Positions 19,568-32,107 are shown, counted from the first letter of the stretch. The stretch: 64,000 bases of DNA from Blastocatellia bacterium (GCA_035331565.1 DAOLKO010000017.1:30832-94831); one strand, 5' to 3'. Translations and numbers: made by a program. The notes: a model not told the origin generated them from the sequence alone.

Positions 19568-19966
19568 TTAGCTTTCTTCGATAGCCGCGCTGATTTTGCC
19601 TTGATCCGCCTGTTTGGCTTCGCGATAGCCTTGTTTGCCGGCTTCGATAGCAGCGGCAAACTGCGCTTTTTGGTTAGTGATTAGATCTTTGCCGCGCTGC
19701 GTCAGGTCGCCGACAGCCTCTTTGCTGCGCACTCCCAAATCGGCGGCACGCTCAACGCCTGTGTGGTAATAATCGGTGGCGCGTTCGCTAAAGTCTCGTC
19801 CGGTGTCGCGCGCATAATCAAGTCCTTTGCGCGTCGCGTCGGCAATGTCCGAACGAAGCTCGCTGCCCGCTTTAGGAGCAAAAAGCATCGCCGTCACAGC
19901 TCCGATCCCGGCTCCGATCAAAAAGTAAACCAGCTTGTCCCCGCTGCTGCCTTGATTTTCTGCCAT
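19568..19966 (-). CDS. YtxH-like domain protein
   Basis: LIGAGIGAVTAMLFAPKAGSELR matches the YtxH family N-terminal motif. Confidence 0.65.
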   Translation of the reverse strand: MAENQGSSGDKLVYFLIGAGIGAVTAMLFAPKAGSELRSDIADATRKGLDYARDTGRDFSERATDYYHTGVERAADLGVRSKEAVGDLTQRGKDLITNQKAQFAAAIEAGKQGYREAKQADQGKISAAIEES

Positions 19967-20169
19967 AATCTCATCCTCCTATTTTCTAAACCGGCGCGGC
20001 TGTTTGAAGTCCGCGCGACTGTCGTGAAATTCTTCGGCACGAACCAAAATTCGCGCGTCAAATCCCGTAAAACTGCTTGCAACTAAATGAATTTGTTGGT
20101 GATTGAAGCTACTCATCGAAACGTGCGGCACTATAGCATCGGGCCTATGCAACTTCAAGGAAGCCATAA

Positions 20170-20199
20170 TTGACACTGCTCGGCGCGCGCCGCTAGAAT
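20170..20199 (+). promoter_or_regulatory. Sigma-70-like promoter TTGACA-N18-TAGAAT upstream of tatA
   Basis: Near-consensus -35/-10 hexamers read from the sequence, about 20 nt upstream of the tatA start codon. Confidence 0.55.
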
Positions 20200-20218
20200 G
20201 CCTGCAAAGGAGATCACA

Positions 20219-20419
20219 ATGTTTAACTTCATATTTTTGCTCTTGGGACTTGGAATGCAGGAAATGGTGATCCTGCTGGTCATCGTTCTAATTCTGTTCG
20301 GCGGCAGCCGGCTGCCTTCACTGGCCAAGGGACTCGGCGAAAGCATTCGGAATTTCAAAACCGGGATGGCCGAAGCCGAAGCCGAAGACGACAAGAAAGA
20401 CAAAGCCAAAAGCGCTTAA
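20219..20419 (+). CDS. tatA: Twin-arginine translocase subunit TatA/E
   Basis: MFNFIFLLLGLGMQEMVILLVIVLILFGGSRLPSLAKGLGESIRNFK. AAAGGAGA RBS. The ORF track starts 21 nt earlier. Confidence 0.85.
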   Translation: MFNFIFLLLGLGMQEMVILLVIVLILFGGSRLPSLAKGLGESIRNFKTGMAEAEAEDDKKDKAKSA

Positions 20420-20564
20420 CCCTTTTCGCCAGGGATGCGGGCTTCATTAAACGAGGGCGAAGGCGGTGTAAAGACAAGCCGTCGCCTCTCATTCGTTTCC
20501 TGATTCCGGCGGCAATGTATTGCCATAACCCGAGCGCGATAAAACCGCTCAAACTGCCACCGCG

Positions 20565-21902
20565 ATGTCTCGTAAACGCCATCACAGCACTCAGCGCCCG
20601 CGCCGGCAATTCGGTTCGGATCGTTCCTATCAAGCTTATCAAATTGATCTTCCCGCCCCGGCAATTACTCGTACGGAGCTGGTACGTCTGATTCGCGGCG
20701 GCGAAGACACTTATCTTGAACTCAAAGTCCGCTTCAGCAACGTCGAAAAGATGATTGCCGAAATCATCGCGCTGGCTAACACCGACGGCGGCGTGATTGT
20801 CTTCGGCGTCAACGATCAATTGCGCATTGAAGGCGTGGACGACCCTGAAAGCGTCGAAGAACAATTGCGCGACATCTGCGCGCACCAGATTCAGCCGCCA
20901 ATCTTTCCGTACATCAACAAAGTCGCCTTCGACAGCGGACGCCGCGTCGTCGTTCTGGAAGTCGAAGCCGACAATCGCCCGCACCGCACGCTGGACGACC
21001 GTTTTTACCTGCGTGAAGGTGCCATCAAACGCGAAACAACTCGCGAAGAATTGTCCGGCCTTTTCCACGAAAAACACCTGGTTCATTTTGAACAAGTCCC
21101 AGTCTTCCAGGCGCACATCGAAGAAGACATTGATGAGTCGCTGCTGTGGAGTTATGTGCGCGGCGTCAACCCGGGTTACTGGGGCGAAACGTCGAAAGGC
21201 TACCCCAACGACACTGTGCTGCGTGATATGGGACTGGCTGTCAAAATCGGTGAAGATTGGCTGCCGACGGCGGGCGGACTGATGTTGTTCGGGATGAACG
21301 ACCGCCTTGCTCGATTGATGCCGCGCTCCGATATTCAACTAACCCGATTCAGCGGCATTCACAAAAACGGACATCCGTCGCCAATCATTGAACGGGCGCA
21401 TTTACACGGCAATCTGCTGCGGCAATTCGACGGCGCACTGAACTTCATCAAACGTTACGTGGATTTGTGGGACGCTCGGCCTTCGCGCAAAAGCCTGGAA
21501 ACCGATGCCGCCAAACCTGACGCGGCGGCGGAACACCCAATTGCTGGTCGAGCCAATTATCATCGCGGCGCGGTGATTGAAGCCTTGACCAACTTCATCG
21601 CCCACCGCGACCTGAGCACGCGCGACCGGCAAGCGCGCATCAACATTTATGACGACAGCCTCGAATTCATCAATCCCGCGCAGCCAATTGAACTGCCCAT
21701 AGTCTCGCTGCGTTATGGCGTTGCCGCCCCGCCGAATCCACGACTGAAAGCCATCTTCACCAACCGGCATTACGGCACGCTCTCTACACAAGGCGGCATC
21801 CCCATGATTTGCGCCGAAACCATCAACTTCGCCCGCCGCGCTCCCGAAGGTCCAACCCTGACCAACAACGAATTCCGACTGAAACTGCACGGATTACAAT
21901 AA
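20565..21902 (+). CDS. AlbA_2 (Schlafen-like) DNA-binding domain + HATPase_c_4-like C-terminal domain protein (putative regulator / ATP-binding protein)
   Basis: N-terminal LIRGGEDTYLELK...ALANTDGGVIVFGV pattern. C-terminal region typical of RecG-C-like HATPase_c_4. Confidence 0.7.
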   Translation: MSRKRHHSTQRPRRQFGSDRSYQAYQIDLPAPAITRTELVRLIRGGEDTYLELKVRFSNVEKMIAEIIALANTDGGVIVFGVNDQLRIEGVDDPESVEEQLRDICAHQIQPPIFPYINKVAFDSGRRVVVLEVEADNRPHRTLDDRFYLREGAIKRETTREELSGLFHEKHLVHFEQVPVFQAHIEEDIDESLLWSYVRGVNPGYWGETSKGYPNDTVLRDMGLAVKIGEDWLPTAGGLMLFGMNDRLARLMPRSDIQLTRFSGIHKNGHPSPIIERAHLHGNLLRQFDGALNFIKRYVDLWDARPSRKSLETDAAKPDAAAEHPIAGRANYHRGAVIEALTNFIAHRDLSTRDRQARINIYDDSLEFINPAQPIELPIVSLRYGVAAPPNPRLKAIFTNRHYGTLSTQGGIPMICAETINFARRAPEGPTLTNNEFRLKLHGLQ

Positions 21903-22422
21903 AGCTCGACGCGACCGACACGAATGTTGCGCGTTCCACGGGTTCAAGATTAGATTCCCCTTCCATTCAAAAAAAGTCTCACGAGCAGAAATTCAGGCAT
22001 GAGTGAAAAAGCGGAAGCCTCCGCTCTGAGCGCCGACATCGGTGAAGTGCGCCGTTCATTGGCCGGCGAAGTGAAACTGCGTCAGGCAGTCATCAAACCT
22101 TTAAATCAGGCGCTGCGCACGCTTACAGACCCACACAAAAACGCCGTCGCGCTGCACAAAGCAACTCCACCGGCGGAAATGTCGCTGCCGAACGCCTGCG
22201 GCAAATCACATTTCCTGTTCCGGCTGCGCGACCTGGCCTGGGCCAACGGTTACGTCGCCAGCCGCACTGAACTCAGCCCGAAAAAATGCCAGTACGACTC
22301 AACCACGAATTGCAGGCGCAAAACACCGCGCAACTGGCCGACACTTGCGGCGCGCTGTGTCCACCAGCCGCGGCAGCCACTTCGTCAAATCTCTGATTGA
22401 TCTGCTGGCCGAACAGCGCGCC

Positions 22423-22462
22423 GAAGGCGAACGACTGACAGCGCGCCGAAGGCGAACGACTG
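22423..22462. repeat. Tandem duplication of ~21 bp (GCGCGCCGAAGGCGAACGACTG x2)
   Basis: Read directly from the sequence. Confidence 0.8.
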
Positions 22463-22540
22463 TATGATCCGGAAACGTCCAAAACGTGGTGCGCGCTATT
22501 ACGGCACAGTTGGGACAGGCACAGGGCGGCGAATATTAGC

Positions 22541-22560
22541 CAATCTCAAATTTCAAATCT
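22541..22560. repeat. Left copy of an 18-nt direct repeat CAATCTCAAATTTCAAAT (right copy at 23891..23908)
   Basis: Exact 18-nt match; the two copies are 1350 bp apart. Confidence 0.85.
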
Positions 22561-23341
22561 CGAATTCGAGGGAACGTCGCGGTTGGGCGGAGGCGTACGC
22601 GTGATTCTGAGCGAATACGGCACAGGCAAATGTCATTTCTTTGAACTCGCCGCGCAGGAAGCCCTGGAGCGAAACTTCCTGGTCGCCACAATCCAACCGC
22701 GAATGGATGAAGCATCCTTTGCCCGCGACCTGCTATGTTCTACTCCTGACGGATTGCGGATTGCCCAAGCGCCCGACGACGTTCGGCAAGATTGGCACCG
22801 GCGACATGCAAATCACGGTTCGTTTTCGGATTGTGCGCGTCTCACAAATTTCGGCCTCGCGTGCCATCGAACTTGAACGCGAACGCCTGCTGCCGTTCGT
22901 GCCGTTAATGAGCGGCGAACGGAAAGGACTGATTGCCGCGGTCAGAAACCTGCGCAAAGTAAAACTGGAAAGAAAGCGACACGAACTTGGCCTGCATTTC
23001 TCCGTACTTGGCGGGTTGCGCTACAATCCCGAAGGCTTGTTGGACCTGATTGGGAAGCAAGCTATGACTCCACTTGAAGTGCTAAAACAGTCGCCGACCT
23101 ACGACTTTCCGATCAACGAAGGGAAAGATCGTTGGATAGAAGAGGGCCAACAGAGATTCGCTTCTGAACCGCTTCGTCTGATGATTCGTAAAAGGTTCCC
23201 GAAGTTGAACGTCTCGCAAAAGATCAAACGCATTCACAACCCTGCTGTCTTGCAGCAACTCATGCTGGAAATCAACGAAGTGCCGGACGCCGTCGCGCTG
23301 CGCAAACGCCTGGACAAAGCCATTCAATCACAGGAACCCTG

Positions 23342-23857
23342 ATGAACGCCGATTATTCGCATCAAAGGCAGTTGAAAGATAACCTGCTACACGCCTGGGA
23401 TGCTCTGTTTGCGCAGTTCGGGCGGTTCACTGAAATTCAAGCGCAGGCCATCGAACCGCTGCTTGCCGGACAAAATTGTATGTTGGTTTCAGCCACAGCC
23501 AGCGGCAAAACCGAAGCTGCACTCGCGCCGCTGATCGAACTTCTAAAACAAGACAAAAAAGCCGCCGGCAACCTTTCCATTCTTTGCCTGATCCCGACGC
23601 AAGCGCTAGCGCGCGATTTGGCACGGCGACTGGAACAACCGCTCGGCAAACTCGCCTTGCGCCTGCAGGTCAAAACCGGCGACGACACCGCGCTCAATGC
23701 CAATCGCCCGCCCGAACTGTTGTTGACCACGCCGGAGTCTTTCGATTCGCTGCTGACGAAAATGCCGCGAATATTCAAAGACCTGCGCACCGCGCGGCTG
23801 TCACGGAATCCGTTGATGTCGCGGGCTTCGTGCGCACATTCAACGGTCGCAAGATGA
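23342..23857 (+). pseudogene. Truncated DEAD/DEAH-box (Lhr-like) helicase N-terminal fragment
   Basis: Motif I (ATASGKTEA), Ia (PTQALARD) and TTPE are present. No motif II or C-terminal domains; ends after 171 aa. Start overlaps the preceding ORF stop (ATGA). Confidence 0.6.
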
Positions 23858-23884
23858 CGGAAGCCAAAGCTGAGTGAAACCGAA

Positions 23885-24196
23885 ATGAAGCAATCTCAAA
23901 TTTCAAATTTCAGACTTGCCGCCTTGTCGCTGCTTTTCTGCTTGACGTTCAGCGCCGCAACTTTCGCCCGCCAACAACCGGCCAGACCTGTCAACCTCAA
24001 CACAGCTTCCGCTGAAGAGTTGCAAAAGCTGCCCGGCATCGGGCCAAAACTCGCGGCCAGAATCATCGAACACCGGCAAAAACACGGCCCCTTCAAACGC
24101 CCGCAAGACCTCATCATCGTTCGCGGCCTGAGCGCGAAACGCTTCCGGCCAATCGCGCATTTGGTTGTCACGGGCGATCACGAAAAATCCCGCTAA
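23885..24196 (+). CDS. comEA: ComEA-family helix-hairpin-helix DNA-binding competence protein
   Basis: Signal peptide, then VNLNTASAEELQKLPGIGPKLAARIIEHRQKHGPFKRPQDL HhH repeats. The 5' end carries the right copy of the 18-nt direct repeat. Confidence 0.8.
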   Translation: MKQSQISNFRLAALSLLFCLTFSAATFARQQPARPVNLNTASAEELQKLPGIGPKLAARIIEHRQKHGPFKRPQDLIIVRGLSAKRFRPIAHLVVTGDHEKSR

Positions 24197-24295
24197 ACCG
24201 TTATTGAAAGGTCATCGCAGAACACAGAACCAAACACTTAAGTTTCTCAGTGTTCTGCAATGACCTACGTGGCTGGGTTATTTCCGCGTTGCCGC

Positions 24296-25993
24296 TTACC
24301 TGGCCGTGGCTTTACGCGGCAGCTTTTCGTCGCGCATGGCAGCGTTGTACAAAAACGCGGCCATGATCGTCGCCGCCTGTTTCATATCGTCGGCTTGAAT
24401 GCGGTCGAAGACGTCCATGTTGGAATGGTGCGTGCGCGTGTCGTATTCGACCGGGTCTTGAATGAACTGGAAGCCGGGCAGGCCGATGCCGTCAAACGAC
24501 AGGTGATCGGTGCCGCCGGTGTTGGAGATGGTCAGCGTGGTTGCCCCCAGGTCTTTGAAGGGCATCAGCCAGTCGCGGAAGATCGGGCGGACGGCTTCGT
24601 TGCCTTGCAAATACACGCCGCGAATCTTGCCCGTGCCGTTGTCCAGATTGAAATAGGCCGAGAACTTCTCGTAGTCCGGCTTGGTGTTGATTTTGGCGTT
24701 CGGACCTCCGCCCATCATCGCGGCCATTTCGGCTTCGGGCGAACCGTCGTCGCCGCGCGAACCCAAATGCTGTTTGACGTAAGCGCGCGAACCGAACAAG
24801 CCTTGCTCTTCGCCGCTCCACAGCCCCACGCGGATGGTGCGGCGCGGTTGCAGGTTCAAGGCTTTCAAAATGCGCACGGCTTCCATCGCCGCCGCGCAGC
24901 CCGCGCCGTTGTCCGTCGCGCCGGTTCCGCTGTGCCAGGAATCCATGTGCGCGCCAACCATCACGATTTCATCTTTTTTGTCGGTGCCGGGGATTTCACC
25001 AATGGTGTTGTAAGAGTTCAAATCTTCGCCGTGGAATTGCACGTCCAGATTGATGCGCGCTTGCAGCTTTTCGCCGGCTTGCAGCATGCGGATCAAACGA
25101 TTGCAGTGTTCGGCGGCGATGGTCACTTGCGGCAGATTGGCGGGCGCGTCCTTGTCCCATGGGTTCACCTTGCCCATAAACAAGTCCATTATCACTTCCA
25201 TCGGCGCACCATTTTTGACTTCTTTCGGGATCGAAGCGTTTTCCAGAAAGATCGTGCCGCCGTCGCCGGAGCGCGAAGGCGTCAGGAACATCGCCGCGCC
25301 TTCATCCAAAAAGAACTTCAGTTTTTTGGCGTCGAGAATGGCACTTTTGATGAACTCCTGCATTTGCGGATTGGCGGCCATCGCCGCCGGGCCGCCGGAG
25401 CGCGCTTTGGCGGGGTCTTGCGCATCAGCCAGTTGCAGCAGGTCTTTTTCGGTCAACCGCGTGCCGGGCGCGTCAAAGCGGGCTTTGACGTTGCGAACAG
25501 GCGCGCTCAGCACAATCTTGCCTTTCAGTTGGCCTTTGTATTTGGCCAGTTCGGCTTCATCTTTGGCTTCGACATAAACAATGTCCGCCGTCAACGGGCC
25601 GTTGGTTCCCAGCGACCAAGCTTTTGGATATGCGATCAGCGGGATGGCCTGCGGCGCGATGATTTCCGCCGAAAACGATTTCAGCGTCCAGCCGCGTCCG
25701 AATGGCCCCCACGGTTCCAGATGCGCTTCCATGCCCCACTCTTTCATCTTGTCGCGCGTCCATTCATTGGCGCGTTTCAGGTTGGGCGAAGCGGTCAGGC
25801 GCGGGCCGATAACGTCAGTCAAATAGCTCAGGGTTTGCATCACCTGCGAACGGTTCATGCCTTCGTCTTTGATGCGTTCAATGGGATCGTTTGAATTTTT
25901 TGCCTGCGCCTGCTGTTGCTGAGCGTGAGACGGCCAGCCGGTAACGCTCAGCGCAAAAAGCAAAATTGCGACGGCAATTCTGTTGCGAGTCAT
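24296..25993 (-). CDS. Secreted M28-family metallopeptidase (paralog of 71..1738)
   Basis: [38 protein letters not shown]. Lacks the poly-Gly insert. Confidence 0.85.
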   Translation of the reverse strand: MTRNRIAVAILLFALSVTGWPSHAQQQQAQAKNSNDPIERIKDEGMNRSQVMQTLSYLTDVIGPRLTASPNLKRANEWTRDKMKEWGMEAHLEPWGPFGRGWTLKSFSAEIIAPQAIPLIAYPKAWSLGTNGPLTADIVYVEAKDEAELAKYKGQLKGKIVLSAPVRNVKARFDAPGTRLTEKDLLQLADAQDPAKARSGGPAAMAANPQMQEFIKSAILDAKKLKFFLDEGAAMFLTPSRSGDGGTIFLENASIPKEVKNGAPMEVIMDLFMGKVNPWDKDAPANLPQVTIAAEHCNRLIRMLQAGEKLQARINLDVQFHGEDLNSYNTIGEIPGTDKKDEIVMVGAHMDSWHSGTGATDNGAGCAAAMEAVRILKALNLQPRRTIRVGLWSGEEQGLFGSRAYVKQHLGSRGDDGSPEAEMAAMMGGGPNAKINTKPDYEKFSAYFNLDNGTGKIRGVYLQGNEAVRPIFRDWLMPFKDLGATTLTISNTGGTDHLSFDGIGLPGFQFIQDPVEYDTRTHHSNMDVFDRIQADDMKQAATIMAAFLYNAAMRDEKLPRKATAR

Positions 25994-26080
25994 AAGTTTG
26001 GATTCTCCTATTTTGAAAAATGAAACTGCTGGTGCGGAGTGAGTTTGACCTTACGACAAACGACTTGCGAAGGTTTTGGT

Positions 26081-26722
26081 TTAATAGCCCAGCTCGCTTA
26101 GCGTTTCGAGCGTCAGAGTGCTTTTCGGTTCTGCGTGGTGCGCCAGCATTCGCTCGACGTATTTGGCCAGAATGTCCACTTCCAGATTGACCGCCGCGCC
26201 GCGTGCGAGCGCGCCCAGATTCGTGACTTTCCAGGTGTGCGGAATGATCGCGATTTCAAACCAGGTGTCGCCGAGCGCAGCCACCGTCAAACTGATGCCG
26301 TCCACAGTGATCGAACCTTTTTCGACAATGTAGCGCGCCAGTTCCGGCGGAAAACCAATGCGTATCACCCAACCGTCGCCGCTAGCTTGCGCGTTCAAAA
26401 ATTCGCCCGTGCCGTCCACATGGCCCTGCACAATGTGGCCGCCGAAGCGTCCGCTCGCCGCCATCGCACGTTCCAGGTTGACGCGCGTGCCTGCCTGGGC
26501 TTGTTTCAAACTCGTTCGACGCAAAGTTTCCGCCGAAACATCCGCCGCAAACCAATCCGAACCTTTATCAACGACGGTCAGGCACACGCCATTAACAGCG
26601 ATGCTGTCGCCGAGTTTGGCGTCGGCCAAAACAGTGCGCGCCGAAACTTCCAACCTTGCGCCGTCACGTGCCGGAGTGATTCTGCGAATTGTGCCGAGTT
26701 CTTCGATGATGCCTGTGAACAT
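26081..26722 (-). CDS. ribE: Riboflavin synthase (alpha subunit)
   Basis: [13 protein letters not shown]-terminus; two lumazine-binding repeats. Confidence 0.9.
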   Translation of the reverse strand: MFTGIIEELGTIRRITPARDGARLEVSARTVLADAKLGDSIAVNGVCLTVVDKGSDWFAADVSAETLRRTSLKQAQAGTRVNLERAMAASGRFGGHIVQGHVDGTGEFLNAQASGDGWVIRIGFPPELARYIVEKGSITVDGISLTVAALGDTWFEIAIIPHTWKVTNLGALARGAAVNLEVDILAKYVERMLAHHAEPKSTLTLETLSELGY

Positions 26723-26725
26723 AAA

Positions 26726-27460
26726 TCAGTTTTCCGTTTTGTCGTGAACGAGCTTCAGCAGGGTTTCAATAACCTCGTCAATCGTCAGCGCCGACGAATC
26801 CACGTAAACCGCACCTTCCGCCTGCACCAGCGGCGAATCCGCGCGGGTTTTGTCGCGATGGTCGCGCTCTTCGATTTCGGCTTTCATTTGTGCCGGCGAA
26901 GCCACGGCGATGCCACGCGCGGTGTCTTCGGCAAAACGTCGCTGTGCGCGCGCGTCCGAAGTGGCGTCCAGATAGATTTTCAAATCGGCGTTCGGAAAGA
27001 CTTTTGTGCCGATGTCGCGGCCTTCCATCACGACGCCGCCCGCGTTGCCCATTTGCTGTTGCCGGGCAACGAGCGCACGCCGCACTGCGGAAATCGCCGA
27101 AACCTGCGACGCAGCCTGACTGATTTCCGGTTTGATGATTTCTTCCGTGATGTCGCGCCCATCAATCAGAACGCGCGTGGCGTCCACAGTGCCGGTTAAT
27201 TCAATCAGCGAATCTTCCGCCAGCTTGCCGACACGCGCTGCATCGTCCAGCGAAAAGCCTTGCTGCAAGGCTTTCCACGCCACGGCGCGATACATTGCGC
27301 CGGTGTTGATGAACAAATACCCCAATTGCCGCGCCAGCATTTTGGCAATCGTGCTTTTGCCCGCGCCGGCCGGGCCGTCAATAGCGATAATCAATCGTCG
27401 TTCCGTCAAGTTGCACTCCTGTGATGGCTGACAGACAGGATGAACAGGATTTTCTTTCAT
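26726..27460 (-). CDS. cmk: Cytidylate kinase
   Basis: [18 protein letters not shown]-loop and Cmk-wide similarity. Confidence 0.9.
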   Translation of the reverse strand: MKENPVHPVCQPSQECNLTERRLIIAIDGPAGAGKSTIAKMLARQLGYLFINTGAMYRAVAWKALQQGFSLDDAARVGKLAEDSLIELTGTVDATRVLIDGRDITEEIIKPEISQAASQVSAISAVRRALVARQQQMGNAGGVVMEGRDIGTKVFPNADLKIYLDATSDARAQRRFAEDTARGIAVASPAQMKAEIEERDHRDKTRADSPLVQAEGAVYVDSSALTIDEVIETLLKLVHDKTEN

Positions 27461-27554
27461 GATTTACAGGCAGTGTTTGATGCTGCGCGAACAAACTCTC
27501 CAATCAAGTCCGGGCTTTTCCTGTGAATCCTGAAAAAAATCCTGATCATCCTGT

Positions 27555-28592
27555 CTATGCCTTCAAAATCTCATTCGCAATTTTCAGCGTTTGTTCAATG
27601 TCGTCGCGGCTCACGTCGTAATGCGTGACCATACGCATTTCGCGCGGGTTGATGCCGTTGGCCAACACGCCGCGCGCTTTCAATTCGGCGCTGAATTGCG
27701 CGGTGGTCAAACCGCTCGCTGAAATGTCGAAGATGACGATGTTGGTTTGCACGCGCTCCGGGTCAATTTGGACGCCGCGCAGCTCAGCCACGCCTTCGGC
27801 CAAACGTTTGGCGTTGGCGTGGTCTTCGATCAAAGCCTTCGGCGATTCTTCCAGCGCGATCAAGCCCGCCGCCGACAGCACGCCCACTTGCCGCATTCCG
27901 CCGCCGAGAAGTTTGCGAATGCTGACGGCTTCCTTAATGAAGTCTTTGCGTCCGACAATCATCGAACCGACCGGCGCGCCCAAACCTTTCGACAAACAAA
28001 ACATCACCGAATCAAAAGGCCGCGCGATGTCGGCCACACTTGCGCCCAGCGCCAGGGCGGCGTTGAAAACGCGCGCGCCGTCCAGATGCACAGGCAAACC
28101 CAGCGCGTGCGCGTGGTCGCAAATGTCGTTCATCGCTTCAATCGGCAAGACCGCGCCGCCCGCCATATTGTGCGAGTTTTCCAGCGCCAGCAGCGAAGTC
28201 GGCGTCACGTAATACGGCGCGCTGTGATGAATCGCCGGCGCTATCAAGTCCCAACTGAGCAAGCCGTCCAGCCCGCGCACAGGCCGAAACGTCACGCCGG
28301 AAATCACCGCCGACGAACCCATTTCGTAATTAAAAATATGGCTTCGCTCTTCGAGAATGACTTCGGTGCCGGGCCGCGTATGCAAGCGGACGCAAATCTG
28401 ATTGCCCATCGTGCCGGTCGGCACATACAGCGCAGCTTCTTTGCCGAAAGTTTCAGCCGCCCGTTCCTGCAAACGGTTGACGGTTGGGTCTTCGCCGTAA
28501 ACGTCGTCGCCGACTTCGGCATCGGCCATCGCGCGCCGCATCGCCGGCGTGGGTTTGGTTACGGTGTCGCTTCTCAGGTCTATGAGTTTCAT
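27555..28592 (-). CDS. ltaE: Low-specificity L-threonine aldolase
   Basis: [15 protein letters not shown]...[10 protein letters not shown]; PLP-enzyme beta-eliminating-lyase family pattern. Confidence 0.85.
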   Translation of the reverse strand: MKLIDLRSDTVTKPTPAMRRAMADAEVGDDVYGEDPTVNRLQERAAETFGKEAALYVPTGTMGNQICVRLHTRPGTEVILEERSHIFNYEMGSSAVISGVTFRPVRGLDGLLSWDLIAPAIHHSAPYYVTPTSLLALENSHNMAGGAVLPIEAMNDICDHAHALGLPVHLDGARVFNAALALGASVADIARPFDSVMFCLSKGLGAPVGSMIVGRKDFIKEAVSIRKLLGGGMRQVGVLSAAGLIALEESPKALIEDHANAKRLAEGVAELRGVQIDPERVQTNIVIFDISASGLTTAQFSAELKARGVLANGINPREMRMVTHYDVSRDDIEQTLKIANEILKA

Positions 28593-28595
28593 AAA

Positions 28596-29231
28596 TTATT
28601 TGTTTGGTTTGATTGTGTCTTGGGGAATGTCGTTAAACGCAAAAGGTGCGCGGTGTCGCAACAGCGGTTCATGTGAGATTGGCTTCTCTCCAACGTAGCC
28701 AAACATCACTTCCACGTTATGGTTTTTTTTGAACATCGGCGAAGTTACGGGAAACAAAAATGTCTGGCCGGGTTGGAGGACAATGGATTGGACAAGACAG
28801 CCTTCGTAATTGCCCGCGCCAACAGATTTTAGCCGAGAGTTGGTTAGGTGATAAATGGCTTTAACCTTGTCGCCATCCTTAAATTCGATTTTAGGTTCAT
28901 ATTCAATTTGAAATCCGCCATTGGCTGTTTTGATAAATTGGCCGTTGTTATCACGTGCGACTCGCGGGCTGACAAATGTCTTACTAATGAACTCTGTGGG
29001 AACGTTGATTTCAATGCCGCACTGAGAATTATTGCGAATCCTGAGCCAGTAAGTATTAATTGGCTTCCCATTCACGATGGCGAGCGTTTCAACGTGATCG
29101 AACACAATTTGAACAGCGCCCGGCAAACTGTTGCAGGTTGATTGGCTTGTTGCTGCGTCCTGAGCCATTGCCGTAACAAACAGGCAAATTCCAAGCAACA
29201 AGCTACGAAGCATAAAATTAGGTTGAATCAT
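28596..29231 (-). CDS. Hypothetical secreted protein (211 aa), compositionally atypical (low GC)
   Basis: Signal peptide MIQPNFMLRSLLLGICLFVTAMA. GC about 45% against ~62% in the flanking genes. Tightly packed between ltaE and hemW. Confidence 0.6.
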   Translation of the reverse strand: MIQPNFMLRSLLLGICLFVTAMAQDAATSQSTCNSLPGAVQIVFDHVETLAIVNGKPINTYWLRIRNNSQCGIEINVPTEFISKTFVSPRVARDNNGQFIKTANGGFQIEYEPKIEFKDGDKVKAIYHLTNSRLKSVGAGNYEGCLVQSIVLQPGQTFLFPVTSPMFKKNHNVEVMFGYVGEKPISHEPLLRHRAPFAFNDIPQDTIKPNK

Positions 29232-29243
29232 TCTTGCCCCTTA

Positions 29244-30380
29244 TCAAACAAACGCCGCAAAGACTTCATTCGCCAGCACCGTGCCGGCGCGTGAAATCTT
29301 CAGTGTTTCGTCGTTGAGTTCAATCAAGCCTGCTTCATTCAGTCGCGCCAGGTCTTCGCCGTAACGTTTCGTCACGTTCACACCGAAGCGTTGTTCGTGT
29401 TCGCGCAGATTGACGCCTTCTTTCAGTCGCAGGCGGAGAAACAGATTTTCGCTTTGGCGGTCTTCGTCGTCGAGTTCGACGGTTTCGGCCACAGGCGAGT
29501 CGCCACTTTCAATCCTGCTCAAATACTCGTGAATGTTCCGCGTGTTAGACCAGCGCCGTGCGCCGTCATAGCCGGCAGCCGAAACGCCGAACGCCCAATA
29601 CGGCGCGCCCGTCCAGTATTTCAGATTGTGCCGCGACTCAAAGCCGGGCCGCGCCCAGTTGGAAATTTCGTAATGGTCAAAGCCATGCCGCTCGGCTTCG
29701 TCTTTCAAGGCGAAATACATTTCCACGGTCAGTTCGTCGTCAATCGCGCGCAGTTCGCCGCGATTGATGCGGTGCAGCAGCGGCGCGTCTTTATAAAGTT
29801 CCAGCAAGTAAACAGACAAATGATCCGGTTCGAGCGCGAAGGCTTCCGCCAGATTTCGCCGCCAGGTTTCCATCTTTTGTTCGGGCAGACCGGCGATCAG
29901 ATCAATGCTGATGTTTTCAAAGCCTGCGGCGCGGGCTTTCCTGACGGCTTCGCGGGCTTCTTCGGATGAATGCGAACGCCCGATCATTTGCAGTTCGCCG
30001 TCGTCGAACGATTGAACGCCGAAGCTCAGCCGATTGACGCCCGCCGCGCGCAAGCCTTCCAGAAAGCTTTGCGAGATTGTACCGGGATTGGCTTCGCTGG
30101 TGATTTCGCTGTCAGGCGCAACGGCAAATTTTTCGCGGCAGAGTTCGATAATGCCGCTGAGTTGTTCCAGCGAAAGCGTAGTTGGCGTGCCGCCGCCGAA
30201 GTAAATCGTGTCCACTTGCCGCATCTCCGGTTTGAGTTCGGCGCGCGAAATCTCTTCGCGCAACGCGCCCACGTAACGCCGCGCCAGTTCGGATTCGTAA
30301 CCGCCGGTGGCGAAGTTGCAGTAATGACAGCGCGTTTCGCAAAACGGAATGTGAAGATAAATGCCCGCGAATTGATTCAT
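29244..30380 (-). CDS. hemW: Radical SAM family heme chaperone HemW (HemN-like)
   Basis: [17 protein letters not shown] radical-SAM motif. Start ATG 30380 (MNQFAGIY). The ORF track begins 153 nt upstream. Confidence 0.85.
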   Translation of the reverse strand: MNQFAGIYLHIPFCETRCHYCNFATGGYESELARRYVGALREEISRAELKPEMRQVDTIYFGGGTPTTLSLEQLSGIIELCREKFAVAPDSEITSEANPGTISQSFLEGLRAAGVNRLSFGVQSFDDGELQMIGRSHSSEEAREAVRKARAAGFENISIDLIAGLPEQKMETWRRNLAEAFALEPDHLSVYLLELYKDAPLLHRINRGELRAIDDELTVEMYFALKDEAERHGFDHYEISNWARPGFESRHNLKYWTGAPYWAFGVSAAGYDGARRWSNTRNIHEYLSRIESGDSPVAETVELDDEDRQSENLFLRLRLKEGVNLREHEQRFGVNVTKRYGEDLARLNEAGLIELNDETLKISRAGTVLANEVFAAFV

Positions 30381-30559
30381 AGGAACGGCGGCAAGTATAC
30401 CCGGCAAAGCGCGCGGCGGCGAACCGTGGCAAGCCGTTGGCGAGAGCAGGCTTTGCAGCCGTTGGCGCAAGCCGACTTTGCAGATATGATGAGCGCCGTC
30501 CGCTAGGCTTCCCACAGCCGGGAAGTCACACAAGCCAACAAAACACTCGGAGGTGCAGC

Positions 30560-32107
<1,548 letters not shown>

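Larger units (their letters stand above)
21999..23342 (+). pseudogene. Degraded gene remnants ending in a DUF4351-like (Rpn/YhgA-like transposase-nuclease C-terminal) domain
   Basis: Several short ORFs lie in different frames. The C-terminus (LIGKQAMTPLEVLKQSPTYD...EGKDRWIEEGQQ...LQQLMLEI) resembles DUF4351. A 21-bp tandem duplication at 22423..22462 marks a likely frameshift scar. Confidence 0.45.

Noticed and set aside
20355-21338. 327-aa ORF on the - strand
   Set aside because: Antisense to the AlbA_2/HATPase_c_4 gene. No RBS or domain. A GC-rich artefact.
24260-25894. 544-aa ORF on the + strand, and the similar 1232..1834 (-) ORF
   Set aside because: Both are antisense frames of the two M28 peptidase paralogs. 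Their similarity to each other simply mirrors the sense-strand paralogy.
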